Shown piece by piece: positions 1-12,249 of a stretch of 64,000 nucleotides of DNA. The position numbers were made by a program, and so were the translations under genes. The notes below the pieces were generated by a model. That model saw only the letters and a program-made list of their open reading frames with translations. It did not search any database and was not told the DNA's origin. Source of the stretch: Cetorhinus maximus (Eukaryota); contig NC_135909.1 in NCBI RefSeq assembly GCF_964194155.1, positions 12,586,001-12,650,000 on the forward strand. Reading direction: 5' to 3'. Position 1 is the stretch's first letter. Each line of letters starts with the position of its first letter.

Positions 1-1357
1 GTGCTGGGTATGACTCCAACCAGCAGAGAGCTCCCCATCCCCCGCCTCCGATTCCCATTGTCTCCAGTTTTGCTGGGGATACATAATACCACACAGTCAA
101 ATGCTGCCTTGATGTCAAGGGCAGTCACTCTCACCTCACCTCTGGAGTTCAGTTTGCGTTGGAGGACGAGGGGAAGCAGGTTGTTTTGTTTGCCCACCCA
201 AGCTGAATATTGGGCTTGAGGTGGCGATCAGATTCGGAGAGGAGGGTGACAACCTTTCACTGAGTTTCAAGTTTGCAGATCAGACCTTGGCGGGATTGCT
301 GCTATATTCCCAGGACGTGGTGATCTCATTCTTAGAGCAACACACTTACACTGAGGACAAGTTGCTCCATTTAAAATAAAATGGAGATGTGGGATTTCAG
401 AATCTGTTCAACACTGATTCACTTTTATTCATTTCTGCATCCTAGAGTAACAAAGTGGTTTGTAACTGTAAAAAAAAAATTAAAATTTAGAAGATTCAGT
501 CCAATACCTCCACAGTTTCCACTATTACAGCTTTCAGCATTTTCCGATGCATTCCATCTGGTCCCACTGACCTATCAACATTTAGCATAGCCAGACCTTC
601 TCGTATCTCTTCTTTAACACGAGTTATATGTTAAAGAAGTAATTTGAAAATTGCAGATGGAGGATTTGTGCCCCCTTATTGAAGAGGGTTTAAAGGAGAG
701 GAGCGAAGCATTTGTGCTGAAGAAGTGGGATCAGGGAAAATAAAAGTAACAATAAGTGGAATGAAGGGGGCGGGCTGTTCATGGGCTGACTGGAGAATTT
801 CATTAGGATTTATTCATTGGAGATTGGAAGGTCATTTTTTCCAAATCTTTAAGGAGATTAATGTTGAAGGAAGCCTGTCTTCATCCATAAGGAATCATTA
901 GCTAAGTTTATAAAAATAAGGTGGATAGATAGGATTCAAAGAATTGGAGGGGCAGCACGTTGTAATGTGGAATATAAGATCTTGGTGAGGGCTTGGGAAA
1001 ACCTTTAGGAAGAACACCAAGTCCTTGGAGAGCGTGCAGTGGAACTTTTCTGGAATGGGATCAGTGGTGAGGGATTCCGTATGTGGATGGACTGAAAAAT
1101 ACAAACTGGAGATGCTCTTATCAGAGTGAATGTTAAGGGGAGATTTAGTACAGATATTTAAGATTAGCCGATGTATTTAATATCAGCCCAGGTATTCATT
1201 TCTTATACACATTAAGCAATATTTTTCCCATTGATGGAATGTTTGAAAACCAATGATTAGATAAAAAATAAATGGTGAGGAAATGTTTCACACTGCTCCG
1301 TTCCAAACAATTCCTGACTTGGCATGATAGATTTTTTTTTTTGCTTACTGAAGCCGC
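1..1357 (+). repeat. Segmental duplication, direct copy of ~33943-35290 (L2-like fragment at 1-150, CR1 fragment at ~950-1250)
   Basis: Near-identical colinear sequence from GTGCTGGGTATGACTCCAACCAGCAGAGAG (1 / 33943) to TTACTG(A/G)AGCCGC (~1357 / ~35290). Confidence 0.95.
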
Positions 1358-1691
1358 TGGGAACAGTTTTACAGCAGGGAGCACAGTTACACAATAGGAA
1401 TTACATTTAAAACAGGTCCTATCTTTATGCAGCAGGAAATACCTTCTCGTAAATGATCAGTTTCTCCATCGTAATATCTTTCTAGTTTGCTCGGCACCTT
1501 TTCCTGTCAGCCATTGTGTTTCTCCTGAAAGTCTCTTACTACTTTACTGTGTGTCTTTCTCTGTCTAATACATTCGTGGTAGCGGAAGTGGATTTGCGGA
1601 GCTTGGGTGAACTTCCCAAAAGTAATGAGGAAGGGAATAGGTGTTTGGCTACCAAACAACAGTAATAGACAGAAGAAAAATGTTGCTTTGG

Positions 1692-1761
1692 AGGAGACGC
1701 GTTGCAGAAGCGTGCTGGCCTCCTAACCCAGCGATCGATGTATTGAAACCGTATTCAGTTG
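1692..1761 (+). pseudogene. tRNA-iMet pseudogene
   Basis: GAAGCGTGCTGGCCTCCTAACCCAGCGATCGATGTATTGAAACC aligns to vertebrate iMet (GAAGCGTGCTGGGCCCATAACCCAGAGGTCGATGGATCGAAACC); anticodon and stems are damaged. Confidence 0.8.
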
Positions 1762-2679
1762 ATTTAAATTCGCATTAACACAAAAAAAAATTTGTCTGCG
1801 ACACAAAATCACCTCTGAATTTGCTTCATAGTAAATTTACATCAGCTTCTTGCTTCCGGTGAACACTTCAATCTGTAACCAATCTCTCAAATCGTTTTAT
1901 TTCACACACGAACGCAGCAGAAGTGCTGCAAAAATACACCAGCCGAAGATTTCCCCTTTCTCTCAGCCAATTTCAGGCCATGGTCCGAAGGGCCTTCCCT
2001 TGCTCTCTATCACTCTATGATTATCTGAGTAACAAAAAAGAAAACAAATATCTTATTTGTACCCGATATAGTGAAGTTTATACATATTACCTTCAGCATA
2101 TCCGATTTACAGGACACCCTGCAGTAATTCCCATGCTTATTTGGACAGCAGCGTCCACCCTGAGACATGGACCATGAGAAGGACAAGATTATCAGCATAG
2201 TGGAAACAACATCACGTCAAAGACACAGATAATTATTGTTTTGACAGATATGATTGTTCATTCTTAATCACTTATTTAAAAAATGGAATTCCATCCCCAA
2301 TATCACCATGAACTGGGAAGGTTTCATTCCTTCAGGTTTGCATTCGAGACACATTGTACAAAACACTCTATGAGTGTCTCTGGTCAATGAACGGATGATG
2401 CGCGGAGATCTCAGCTTTTACTCATTGATCTTCGCAAAAGTTGATCCAGTTTTGACGTTGACTTTTCCTCTGGTGTCGATTTACTCGAATTCCTCACCTG
2501 ATTTCTCTGCTGTCCAATGAAGCTCACTCAGCAGAGTTTTCAACATTAATTTGATTTTTTCCTCACAGGATTTCAATCACCATGTTTTTGAACAATTTGT
2601 TAAAAAAAATTCTTCCAGGAGCAGCGATGTGATAAAGAAAATATAATCTGTTATAAAGTGATTTTAATTGAGGGATGAA

Positions 2680-2900
2680 TGTGGGCTCCGACACGACGGA
2701 ATAACTCCCCCGCCCCTCTCCGAAATGGTGCTTGGTATACTGTACCTGAGAAGGCAGAGGGCACCTCAATTTACCATATCATCTAAAAGCTGGCACGACT
2801 AACAGTGAAGCATTCACTGATTACTGCACTAGTGCGTCAGCCTGAATTTGTGCTCAGGATTCTGGAGTGAGTTTTGAACTCACAACCTGCTGATTGTGAA
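2680..2900 (-). mobile_element. Decayed tRNA-derived SINE, Deu-domain-like (duplicate at ~13460-13660)
   Basis: GGAATAACTCCCCCGCCCCTCTCCGAAAT...CCTGAGAAGGCAGA...TTTGAACTCACAACC resembles the reverse complement of a DeuSINE (SacSINE1/SINE3-type) core and B box. Confidence 0.55.
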
Positions 2901-3511
2901 AAGCAAGAGAACAACTGACTGGATAATAATTCACAGCAAAGGATAGACGACAGAAGACATTTCACTCCAAGGAGAGGCTGAAGTAGATTGTTAATTGAAG
3001 AAATGTCACAGGCATTGAGAGATAAACACCCACAGTTGAAAGAGACCGACTTTTTCTCACGGCAGGGTGAGAGATTGTAGCAGGAATTTCGATTCCCAAT
3101 GCTTCTTGGCAACACCCCAGAACAAGCTAAATAGTTTGCACACTGCCCGCTAGACTAAAAAACGAAGCTAGAATGTTATTTAATCATCGTAATAGTTTCA
3201 ATCAGATCGACCCTGAAACATTGATATTCACGGTATTACAGGAAACGTCATAACTTGGGTCTGATACAACAATGGTAATTTCAGATTTCCTTTCTGCATA
3301 ACGCCGTCCCATAAAGAAACAAGATTTAAACTCACGCGTGGGAAGCACAGTGGATGAGCAGCCTTAAATTCAGATAATCATGGAGTGATTAGCGACATTA
3401 TCCCGACGCCACCTCCTCTGTAAACCTGGCCTCGGAAAGATTACATCAGTGATTTCAGACATGCCTTCTGAAAAAAGCACCGCGTTCACGAAGAACCAGT
3501 TAATAAACTGA

Positions 3512-3593
3512 CGACAAAGGTGGGATTCGAACCCACGTGTGCAAAGCACAATGGATTAACAGCCCATCACCTTAACTTCTCGGCCACCTCGTC
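3512..3593 (-). pseudogene. tRNA-Ser(GCT)-type gene with anticodon mutated to GTT; probable pseudogene
   Basis: Reverse complement GACGAGGTGGCCGAGAAGTTAAGGTGATGGGCTGTTAATCCATTGTGCTTTGCACACGTGGGTTCGAATCCCACCTTTGTCG; Ser long variable arm; D-loop TGG changed to AAG. Confidence 0.88.
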
Positions 3594-4100
3594 ACGAGTA
3601 GCTCCTTTATTAAACATCCTTCCGTACTTTTTTGCATTCATGAACTGCTTGTTCCAGGTCCTGAATAATCAATCAGGTGTCTCATGTAGTTTGTCAATAA
3701 AATACATATCCATCACATCAGATATGAACTGTTGTAAATCGACTAATGTGAATCACTTCAACTCTTCAACATGTTTCTAGACAGTGTGAAAACCCATCGC
3801 GGAAATTCCGAAACATACATTCATCTGGAAGAATAAAGAAACTCCTTCCGACTCACAGCAAGTACCGGAACACAACTGAAATGTGGTTTCTCACTCAAGA
3901 CTGTAACTGACAGCAATCAGCATCCGACAGAGCTCACAAGGAGAGAGTTGCCGTATTCGATGTATTAGGAGAAACTTTGCGTTCATTTTCTGTGTTGTGA
4001 TTTATTCTCCGCAATGATTTCCCGGATGTTCAAACCTGGTCCTGATTTCCCCAACTGGCACCGGCTCGAGCACACGAATTAATGTATTAAAATGCCGGTG

Positions 4101-4191
4101 GGGCTCGTACGGGTATTGAACCCGGGACCTCTCGCATATTAATTCACTACAAATACCCAAAGCGAGAATCAGACCCCTAGACCAATGAGCC
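4101..4191 (-). tRNA. tRNA-Pro(TGG) with 19-nt intron (4137-4155); a few stem mismatches, possibly a pseudogene
   Basis: GGCTCATTGGTCTAGGGGTCTGATTCTCGCTTTGGG-[TATTTGTAGTGAATTAATA]-TGCGAGAGGTCCCGGGTTCAATACCCGTACGAGCCC, followed by TTTT ~9 nt downstream. Confidence 0.88.
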
Positions 4192-4289
4192 AGGCGCTAC
4201 AAAAACCGCAATCAACATATCCTTTCATTGCCACCCACAGGAAATTAACAAAATGCGAAATACTGTGGATGCTGGAAATCTTTTGGAAT

Positions 4290-4575
4290 GTATTAGAAAT
4301 CCCGGGGCCGACTCCAACCAGTGGAGAGCTTCCCTCCTTGTATAATTTAAATTCAGTTTTGTTGGGTTTCTCAGTGCCACACTCTGCCAAATGCTTCTGT
4401 AAAGTCAACTGTGGTCACTTGCAACTCACGCCTTGAGTCCAGCTCTTTTGTCCATATTTGGACCAAGGCTGCAATGAGGTCGGGAGCTGAGTGGCCCTGG
4501 CGGAAACCAAACTGAACTTCAGTGAGCAGGTGATTGGTGAGTTAGCGCCACTTGCTCGCACTGTCGAAGACACAG
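4290..4575 (-). mobile_element. Inverted L2/CR1-group LINE RT fragment
   Basis: Resembles the reverse complement of ~6230-6500 (CCCTGGCGGAAACCAAACTG = QFGFRQG). Confidence 0.75.
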
Positions 4576-7495
4576 CAATGTGGTTGACTCTTAAATGCCC
4601 TCTGAAATGGCCTAACAAGCCTCTCACTTGTAACACACCGTGACAAAGTCAAAAAAAGGGAATAGAACTGGACGGACCATGCGGCATCGATCTCGGCATC
4701 GTCAATCTCAGCCCTGTCCAGCCTGCAAAGTCCTCCTTACTAACATCTGGGGGCTAGTGCCGAAATTGGGAGAGCTGCCTCACAGACTAGGCAAGCAACA
4801 GCCTGACATAGTCATCCTCCCAGATCATGTCCCAGGTTCCACCATCACTATCCCTGGATATGCCCTGTCCCACCGGTAGGATAGGCCCAGCAGAGGTGGC
4901 GGCACAGTGGTATACAGTCGGGAAGCAGTAGCCCTGGAAGTCCTGAATATCACCTCTGGACCCGATGAAGTTTCAAGGCATCAGGTCAAACATGGGCAAG
5001 GAAACCTGCTGATTAAGACGTACCGCCCTCCCTCAGCTGAGGAACCAGTGCTTCTGCATGTTGAACACCAATTGGAGGAAGCACTGAGGATGGCAAGGGC
5101 ACAGAATGGCCTCTGGGTGGAAGGATTCAATGTGCATCACCAAAAGTGGCTCGTTAGCACCACTACTGACCGAGCTGGACGAGTCCTAAATGATATAGCT
5201 GCTAGAATGGGTCTGTGGTAGGTGCTCAGTGAACCAACAAGAGGGAAAATCATACTTGAGCTTATCCTCACCAATCCGCTTGCCGCAGATGCATCTGTTT
5301 GCGACACTATCGGTAGAAGTGATTATCACACAGAAGTTGCAGAGACGATGTCCCAACTTCACATTGAGTTAGTCTCCATCGTGTTGTGTGGCACTACCAC
5401 CGTGCTAAATGGGATAGGTTTTGAACAAATCGATCAACTCAAAACAGGGCATCCATGAAGCACTGGGAGCCATCAGCATCAGCAGAATTGTACTCGAACA
5501 CAATCTGTAAACTCATGGGCTGGCATATCTCCCACTATATCATTACCATCAAGCCAGGTGATCAACCCTTGTTCAATGAAGAGTGCAGAGGGCATTCCAG
5601 GTGCTGCACCCGCCTTATATCAGTTATAGCCTAATAATGAGTTGTCAACCTGGTGGAGCTATAGCACAGGACTACTTGCGTGCCAAACAGTATCTGCAGC
5701 AAGTGATAGACAGAGCTAAGCGATCGCACAACCAACGGGCAGACATTAACTCTGCAGTCCTGCCACATCCAGTTGGGAATGGTGGTGGACAATTAAACAA
5801 TTCACAGGAAGGGACGCCACAAATATCCCCATCCACAATAATGGAGGACATCAGCACTAGCGATAAGCATGTGCTACAAGAAGTGTCGAGTGGATGATCC
5901 ATCTCAGCCTCCTCCAGAGGTCCCCAGCATCACAGATGCCAGTCTTCAGCCAATTCGATTCACTCCACATGATTCCAAGAAACAGCTGAAGGCACTGGGT
6001 AGTGCAAAGGCTACGGGCCCTGACAATATTCTGGAAATAGTAGTGAAGATTTGTGCCCCAGAACTTGTCACGCCCCGAGCCAAGCTTTTCCAGTACAGCT
6101 ACAACACTGGCATCTACCCGGCTATGTGGAAAATTGCCCAGGTATTTCCTGTACACAGAAAGCATGCCAAATACAACCTGGCCAATTACTTCCCAATCAG
6201 TCTACTCTCGATCATCAGTTATGTAATGGAAGGTGTCATCAATAGTGCTATCAAGCGGTACTTGCTTAACAACAACCCGCTCACTGACTCACAGTTTGGG
6301 TTCCGCCAGGGCCACTCAGCTCCTTACATCGTTACAGCCTTCTTTCAAACATAGGCAAAAGAGCTGAAATCCCTAGGAAAGGTGAGAGTGACTGCCCATA
6401 ACATCAAGGCCGGATTTGCCTCAGTGTGGCATCAAGGAGCGCTTGGAAAACTGGAGTCAATGGGAAACAGGTGGAAAACTCCATTAGTTTGGAGTCTTGC
6501 CTAAGGCGTTCAGTCATCTCAGCTGGAGGATATCACTGCAGGAGCTCCTCAGGGTAATGTGCTCGGCCCAACCATCTTGCACTGCTTCATCAACGACCTT
6601 TCTTCCATCAAAAGATCAGAGGTGGGGATGTTCGCTTGTAATTTCACAATGGTCAACACCATTCGTGATTCCTCAGATACTGAAGCGGTCCATATCCAAA
6701 TGCAGCAAGACCCGCACAATACCCAAGCTCGGGCTGAAAAATGACAAGTAACAATCATGTCACATAAGTGCCAGGCAATGGCCATCTCCAACAAGAAAGA
6801 ATCTAACCACTGGCCCTTGACGTATAATGGCGTTACCACCACTGAATCGCCCACTCTCAACATCCTGAGGGTTACTGATGACCAAAAACTGAACTGGACT
6901 AGCCTTATAAACACTGTCGTTACAAGGGCAGGTCAGAGGCGAGGGATTGTGCGACGAGTAACTCACCTCCTGACTCTCCAAAGCTTGTCCAGAATCTATA
7001 AGGTACAAGTCAGGTGTGTGATGGAATGGTCGCCAATTTCCTGGTGGAGTGCAGCACCCACAACAATCAGGAAGCTTGGCATCATCCAGGAGAAAGCTTG
7101 AATTACACCACACCCATAAACATTCACTCCCTCCACCTCCGTCGCATCTCCAAGATACATAGAGGAATTCACCAAGCTTCTTTAAACAGCACTTTACAAA
7201 ACCACGACCACTACGGTCGAGAAGGGCAAGGGAAGCAGCTACATGGGAACATCACCACCTGAGAGTTACCCTCCAAGACACACGCCATCTTGGCTTCGGA
7301 ATATATCACCTTTCCTTCACTGTCGCTCAGTCAAAATCCTGGGACTCCCTTCCCCGCAGTGCTGTGGGTGTACCTACACCACATGGACTGCAGCGGATCA
7401 AGAAAGCAGCTGATCACCATCTTCTCAAAGGCAACTAGGGATGGGCAATAAATGCTGGCCCAGCCAGTGAAGTGCACATCCCATGAATGAATAAA
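4576..7495 (+). mobile_element. Long, decayed L2/CR1-group non-LTR retrotransposon (APE endonuclease + RT; stops and frameshifts)
   Basis: Broken ORFs 4640-7101 with NIWGL, YRPPS, FNVHH, KATGPDNI, WKIAQVFPVH, NYFPISLLS, QFGFRQGHS, LGPTILHCFINDL; 3' end GGGCAATAAATGCTGGCC...ATGAATGAATAAAA. Confidence 0.9.
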
Positions 7496-7649
7496 AGTTT
7501 TCCTGTCACCTTCAATCATTTATGAATATGCCCACAATTTCTCCCTGCTCTTGCACGCCCTTTGGGTGTACACGCTTTATTTAATGTTCCCTCTTTGTTT
7601 TCTTCCGACCACAATTAATCTTTTCACATTTCCCTGGAAAAGGAAATCA

Positions 7650-8190
7650 ACTGAAAAAGCGCTGGTTAGTCCACAGCTGGAATTTTGTGTACAGCTCTAG
7701 TCGCCACCTTACAGGAAGGACATAATTGCACTGTAGAGAGCACAGAGAGGATTTACTAGAATACTGCCAAAGCTTGAAAATTGGAGCTACGAGGAAGGAT
7801 TGGATAGGCTGAGAGGTGACCTAATTGAGATGTACAAAATGATGAGGGGCCTAGATAGGGTGGACAATAAATACTTGTTTCCCCTCGCTGAGGTGTCAAT
7901 TGTCAGGAAGCGTTGATTTAAGGTCATTGTTAAAAGGATTAAAGGGGAGACGAGGAAAGCTATTTCACGCTGCGGGTGGCGAGCATTTGGATGTCACTGC
8001 CTGAACCTGTTCAACTCAGTTAAAATGTACTTAGATCTGCATCTGGAGCGCTGTAACCTGCAAGGCTACGGATCAGGTGCTGTGAAGTGGGTTTAGAATG
8101 AGCGGCCAATTTCTTCTTCATCTTTTTTCTATCCAGCACAGACATGATGGGCTGAATCACCTCTTTCTACGCCGTCACTTTTGTAGGGTT
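7650..8190 (+). mobile_element. CR1 LINE 3' fragment
   Basis: GCTGGTTAGTCCACAGCTGGAA, GCTGAGAGGTGACCTAATTGAG, ATGATGGGCTGAA are typical CR1 3' motifs. Confidence 0.75.
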
Positions 8191-8249
8191 ATGTGGTTCT
8201 CTCTGCCGCTTAAACGCCCATTCCACCAACCTGCCCATGTCGTTTTGAA

Positions 8250-10710
8250 ATTCTACTGAATTTCTATAGCTCTTTACTCAACCACAGGACGTCCAAAAAC
8301 ATTTTACGGACGATGAGCACTTTTGAAATGTAGTCACTGTTCAAATTGCTGAAATTTTGAACAGACTGTTCGTCAATGTCAGAAATTTCTATGTTGAGAG
8401 GAGAAACAAGTATCATTGGTGTAAATCTGTGGCGCAACTGATAGCGCGTTGGACTTGCGGTCGGTATAAACAGAGACATTTAAAGGTTGTGGGTTGGAAT
8501 GCTTTAGATAAGTATTGAAGAAAGTCAGCAAGAGGTTTATCAATGTTCTCAGAAAAGGGAAACTGCCGTCCCGAACTTCTATACAGGTCACTCCCCACTT
8601 TCCCATCTGAACCACTGAACAGGCGAAATCTCATCATCGTCTGAGGACAAAACAAAAACCTTTGAAAGATGCTGACCAGAGTCAGTCTGCTCAGCCCTCA
8701 GAATGATTTAAAATTGGACATATACAGCCACCGCGGAAACTGCTTCCCATTACTGCTCAGTCATCTTTCCAGACTGTTCCTGACAGACAGCTCGAAACAA
8801 GGATGATGTGAATCTGCACCACTGAATACCAAGACCAACACGGTTATCACAGCTGTAATGAACAGCTCCTGATACAGCTTTAGATCAGACAGTGGAGGAT
8901 TATCACAGGCGTCAGACTGCATGTTCCTTCAGACAGGTTTCCAACTGGACACATGGAATGAGCGGCTGTGTGAACATTAGTGGTTCAGGGGGGATTTCTC
9001 ACTGGCCGGACTGGAGTTCCAGTTCCATTCCAAGACATTTCTCTTTCTGAATCCATCTCTGTCCTCTTGCTCATTTACACTTTGCATTGTTTCATCATTG
9101 GCGGCCACGTTTTCAGCTGTCTGAGCCTTTAGCCCTGCAATTCCTTCTAGAAACATCCCCACTTCACTCTTCCCCTTAATACCCTCTTAAAATCTATCAA
9201 TTTTACTAAGATTTTGTTCATCTGGCCAAATATCTGACTCGATGTCGAATGTTGCTTGATCAAGCTCCTTTGAAGCGCTTTGGGGAGTTTTGTTAAATCA
9301 CGGCGCTGCTGCTGGAATGGCTCGAATTTGGAGAAATTCACATACAGCTTCAATCTTCTTAAAGATTCACCTTTATTCCCACCACTTGCTTTGCATCGAA
9401 AAAAACATCTCCTATGAGGTGTTCAAAATGCTGACCAGTTTACTGGAGTAAATAAGGAGAAACTGTTTCCACTGACAGGAGGGTCGCTAACCAGAGGACA
9501 CAGTTTGAAGCTGATTGGGAAAAGAACCAGGAACGGGATGAATAGAATGTATTTTACACAGTGAGCTCATTGTGAAATGGAAGCTACCTGGGGAGTGATG
9601 GAAGCAGATAAATGATTAACTTTCAAAAGAGAGTTGGAGGGAAAAAAAACACTTGAAAGAAGGTAATACAGGGCAATGGGGTCAGATCCCGGATCTCGGA
9701 GTAATTATATCGCTCAACCAAAGAACCAACGCAGGCGGAATGAGCTCCTTCTGTCCTTTAGCATTCTATGATTTATGGATAGAAATCAGTCCTACATTCT
9801 GTAGAGCAGGAAGGGTGTGAGAAGCCGGCATGGGAATTGATCCCGTAGGCACAGAATGGAATCGGTAAAATTCTGTATTTTGTCAGGGAATCGAAACTGT
9901 GTAAATATGACTCTGTCTGTTTAAAAGTGGCTTGTTACGAATTCCAGATAATTGACGCTTTGCTTAAAAGGGATGTGTTATCAGTCAATGAACAGGCTAT
10001 AATATAAAAACGGAAAATGCTGATAATACTCAGCAGCAACTGTGGAGAGAAAAGGAATTAATGTTTCAGGTTGGTGGCCCTTCATCTGAACTGAGGGAAT
10101 ATAGGAATGTAATAGGCTTGGAGCAAGGGACCAGTCCGGGCTCTGGGAAGAGGTTGAACAAAAGCGCAGGTTTGTAATGGTTTCGGGGCCCGGAGAGATT
10201 CAATTACAAAAGGTTTCACGGCGCCAAAGCCAAAGGACTGGAACAGGCAAAAAACAAAATGTGGGTCCAGATGAGGTGAGAATGGCTAAAGATCAGCCGC
10301 CCAATTGCAAAGTGAAGGAATTAAATAAGAAACAGAAAATAAAATGATAATCCTGAAAGAAACACATGAAACAAGAGGTAGGCTGAGTTTATAATTTAAA
10401 AATTTTGAACTCGACGTTGAGGCCAGAAATGTGCAGGGTGAGGTGTTCTTCCTCGAGCTTATGCTATTCTTCACTGGAACACTGCAGCAGACCAAGGACA
10501 GAAAGGTCAGAGTGGGAGCAAGGTGGAGAATTGAAATGACAAGTGACAGGAAGCTCAGAGTCAGGCTTGCGGATTGAATGGAGATTCCTCAAAGCGCTCA
10601 CTCACCTGAAGCAGATGAGAACATATTGCGGCAGCAAATGCAGCACATTAAACTGAAAGAAGAACAAGTGCATCACTGTTTCACTTGGAAGGCGTATTTG
10701 AGGCTTTGGA
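8250..10710 (+). repeat. Segmental duplication, inverted copy of ~29500-33200
   Basis: Reverse-complement matches: 8281 ACCACAGGACGTCCAAAA vs ~33150; 8760 GTCATCTTTCCA vs ~31630; 10500 GAAAGGTCAGAGTGGGAGCAAGGTGG vs ~29700. Confidence 0.9.
8423..8513 (+). pseudogene. Intron-containing tRNA-Arg(TCT)-derived pseudogene (paralogue of 32922-33012)
   Basis: TCTGTGGCGCAACTGATAGCGCGTTGGACTTGCG-[GTCGGTATAAACAGAGAC]-ATTTAAAGGTTGTGGGTTGGAAT; anticodon, T-loop and 3' acceptor decayed; syntenic position in the inverted duplication. Confidence 0.8.
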
Positions 10711-10720
10711 TAGGAAGGTG
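10005..10720 (-). mobile_element. Penelope-like element 3' part with pLTR-type end (copy of ~29500-30380)
   Basis: Inverted homologue of the GIY-YIG-containing fragment at 29250-30380. Confidence 0.6.
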
Positions 10721-11216
10721 TCATTAAAAGGGGAGGGGATATTGACTGAGTCAAGGATTTCACACTGAGAGAGAGGAAATGATGATCTCACCGGCCTGAA
10801 ATGCTAGTTCTAAATTTCTCTCCACAGATGCTGTAAAATTGTTGTGTATTCCCAGCACTTTCTGATTGTTACTATTTCTGATTTTCAGCATTCGCAGTAT
10901 GTTGCTTTTGTATCCAGTTTACTTTATGAGCTGTTTTCAGGGGATCCGGTTGCCTCGAGTCTGGCTCGGCCGACCGCAATTCCCCTTGAGAAACTGGCAG
11001 TGAGCTGCCTTCATGAACTGCTGCAGCCCATATTGTGTAAGACCGTCCACAGCGCTGTTAGGAAGGGAGTTCCAGGATTTAAAAGGGCGATTCAGTTCCA
11101 AGTCAGGGTGGTGTGTAGCTCGGAGGGGAGCTTGCTGCTGTTCTCATACATCTGCTGCCTTTTTCCTTCCAAGTGGTGGAGGTCTCGGGTTTGGAAGGTG
11201 CTGAAGGAAAAAATAA

Positions 11217-11299
11217 TGTCAGGAGTGGGATTCGAACCCACGCCTCCAGAGGAGACTGCGACCTGAACGCAGCGCCTTAGACCGCTCGGCCATCCTGAC
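11217..11299 (-). tRNA. tRNA-Leu(CAG), intact
   Basis: GTCAGGATGGCCGAGCGGTCTAAGGCGCTGCGTTCAGGTCGCAGTCTCCTCTGGAGGCGTGGGTTCGAATCCCACTCCTGACA; T6 Pol III terminator at 11208-11213. Confidence 0.97.
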
Positions 11300-12249
11300 T
11301 CTGCTACGCTCCTCTGCGTAAATGATTTTGAACTTCACATTCATCGTCACTGCTTTAAAACACGCGATGTGATTTTCCTTTTTTCAGCACCTGTCAGGTT
11401 CCTGTATCTGAGTCCCATCCTTCCCCAAGCCGCCGGGGGGTGAGGAGCTTCTCATTGCTGCATTGCTCTGTTTGCTCAAATCAACAAAGACCCAATTCCC
11501 GCCCGACCTGTTCCTCACACGAAGGTGTTGAGAGTGTAAGATCTGAGCGAGGTGAAGTATCCAATTGGAGAGTTACATCCTGGCGACAGGAATATCTCTC
11601 CACAGCTGCTTTCGGATCTGCTGAATATTCCCCGCATTTCCTGTTTCTGATTTTGTGCCTTCATTACAGGAGATCTTTTTACTGACAACCCAAAGCTTGT
11701 CTCTCGGGGCAGCTCCAGGCACCGCTTTCCTGTGGCCTTTAAAGTCGGCTGTTTTCACACTCATCACTCTGCGCCATGGCTTTCAACCCCCACCACCACA
11801 CACGATCCACCACCCCCACCCTCCGCACCTCCCTCTCTGTCCCCAGTCCCGCGCCCCACTCCCATCCCCCCTCCCGCCTGCTCAGCTCTCAGGTCTTCTT
11901 AGCGTTTTTTTTTCGGAATTCACAAGGGCCCGGGGATCACAGAGTCTGTGAGGGAATATAAGGGGTTAATCCACATTCACATACAGGGAGCTGTGACTCT
12001 CTTAAGATGGACGGAAGTTGGTGACCCTTCCAGATCCATTAGGAGGTCCAGTTACTGGAGCTGGGGGAATTCCTGCCATTTCTATCCCACAGGGAGTTGC
12101 GCCTCTCCGTTGGTCCCGCTGGGATGGTGATGGCTAAAGTGAGTGGCCAAGAAAGCGGGTGGTCCCCCTGTCCCTCTTGGGCTTGTTTTCCCTCATCCAG
12201 CTGTGAGGGGGTGGGGGGTTGAGTTTGTGGGGTGGGGGCGGTATCTTGC

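Larger units (their letters stand above)
1490..3110 (+). repeat. Segmental duplication, direct copy of ~12250-13865
   Basis: Shared blocks such as AAAATACACCAGCCGA, GAGAAGGACAAGATTATCAGCATA, CACCCACAGTTGAAAGAG and CAGGAATTTCGATTCCCA in the same order. Confidence 0.92.

Noticed and set aside
4640-7101. Active LINE ORF2
   Set aside because: Multiple stops and frameshifts, and the RT catalytic motif has decayed (FACN in place of FADD).
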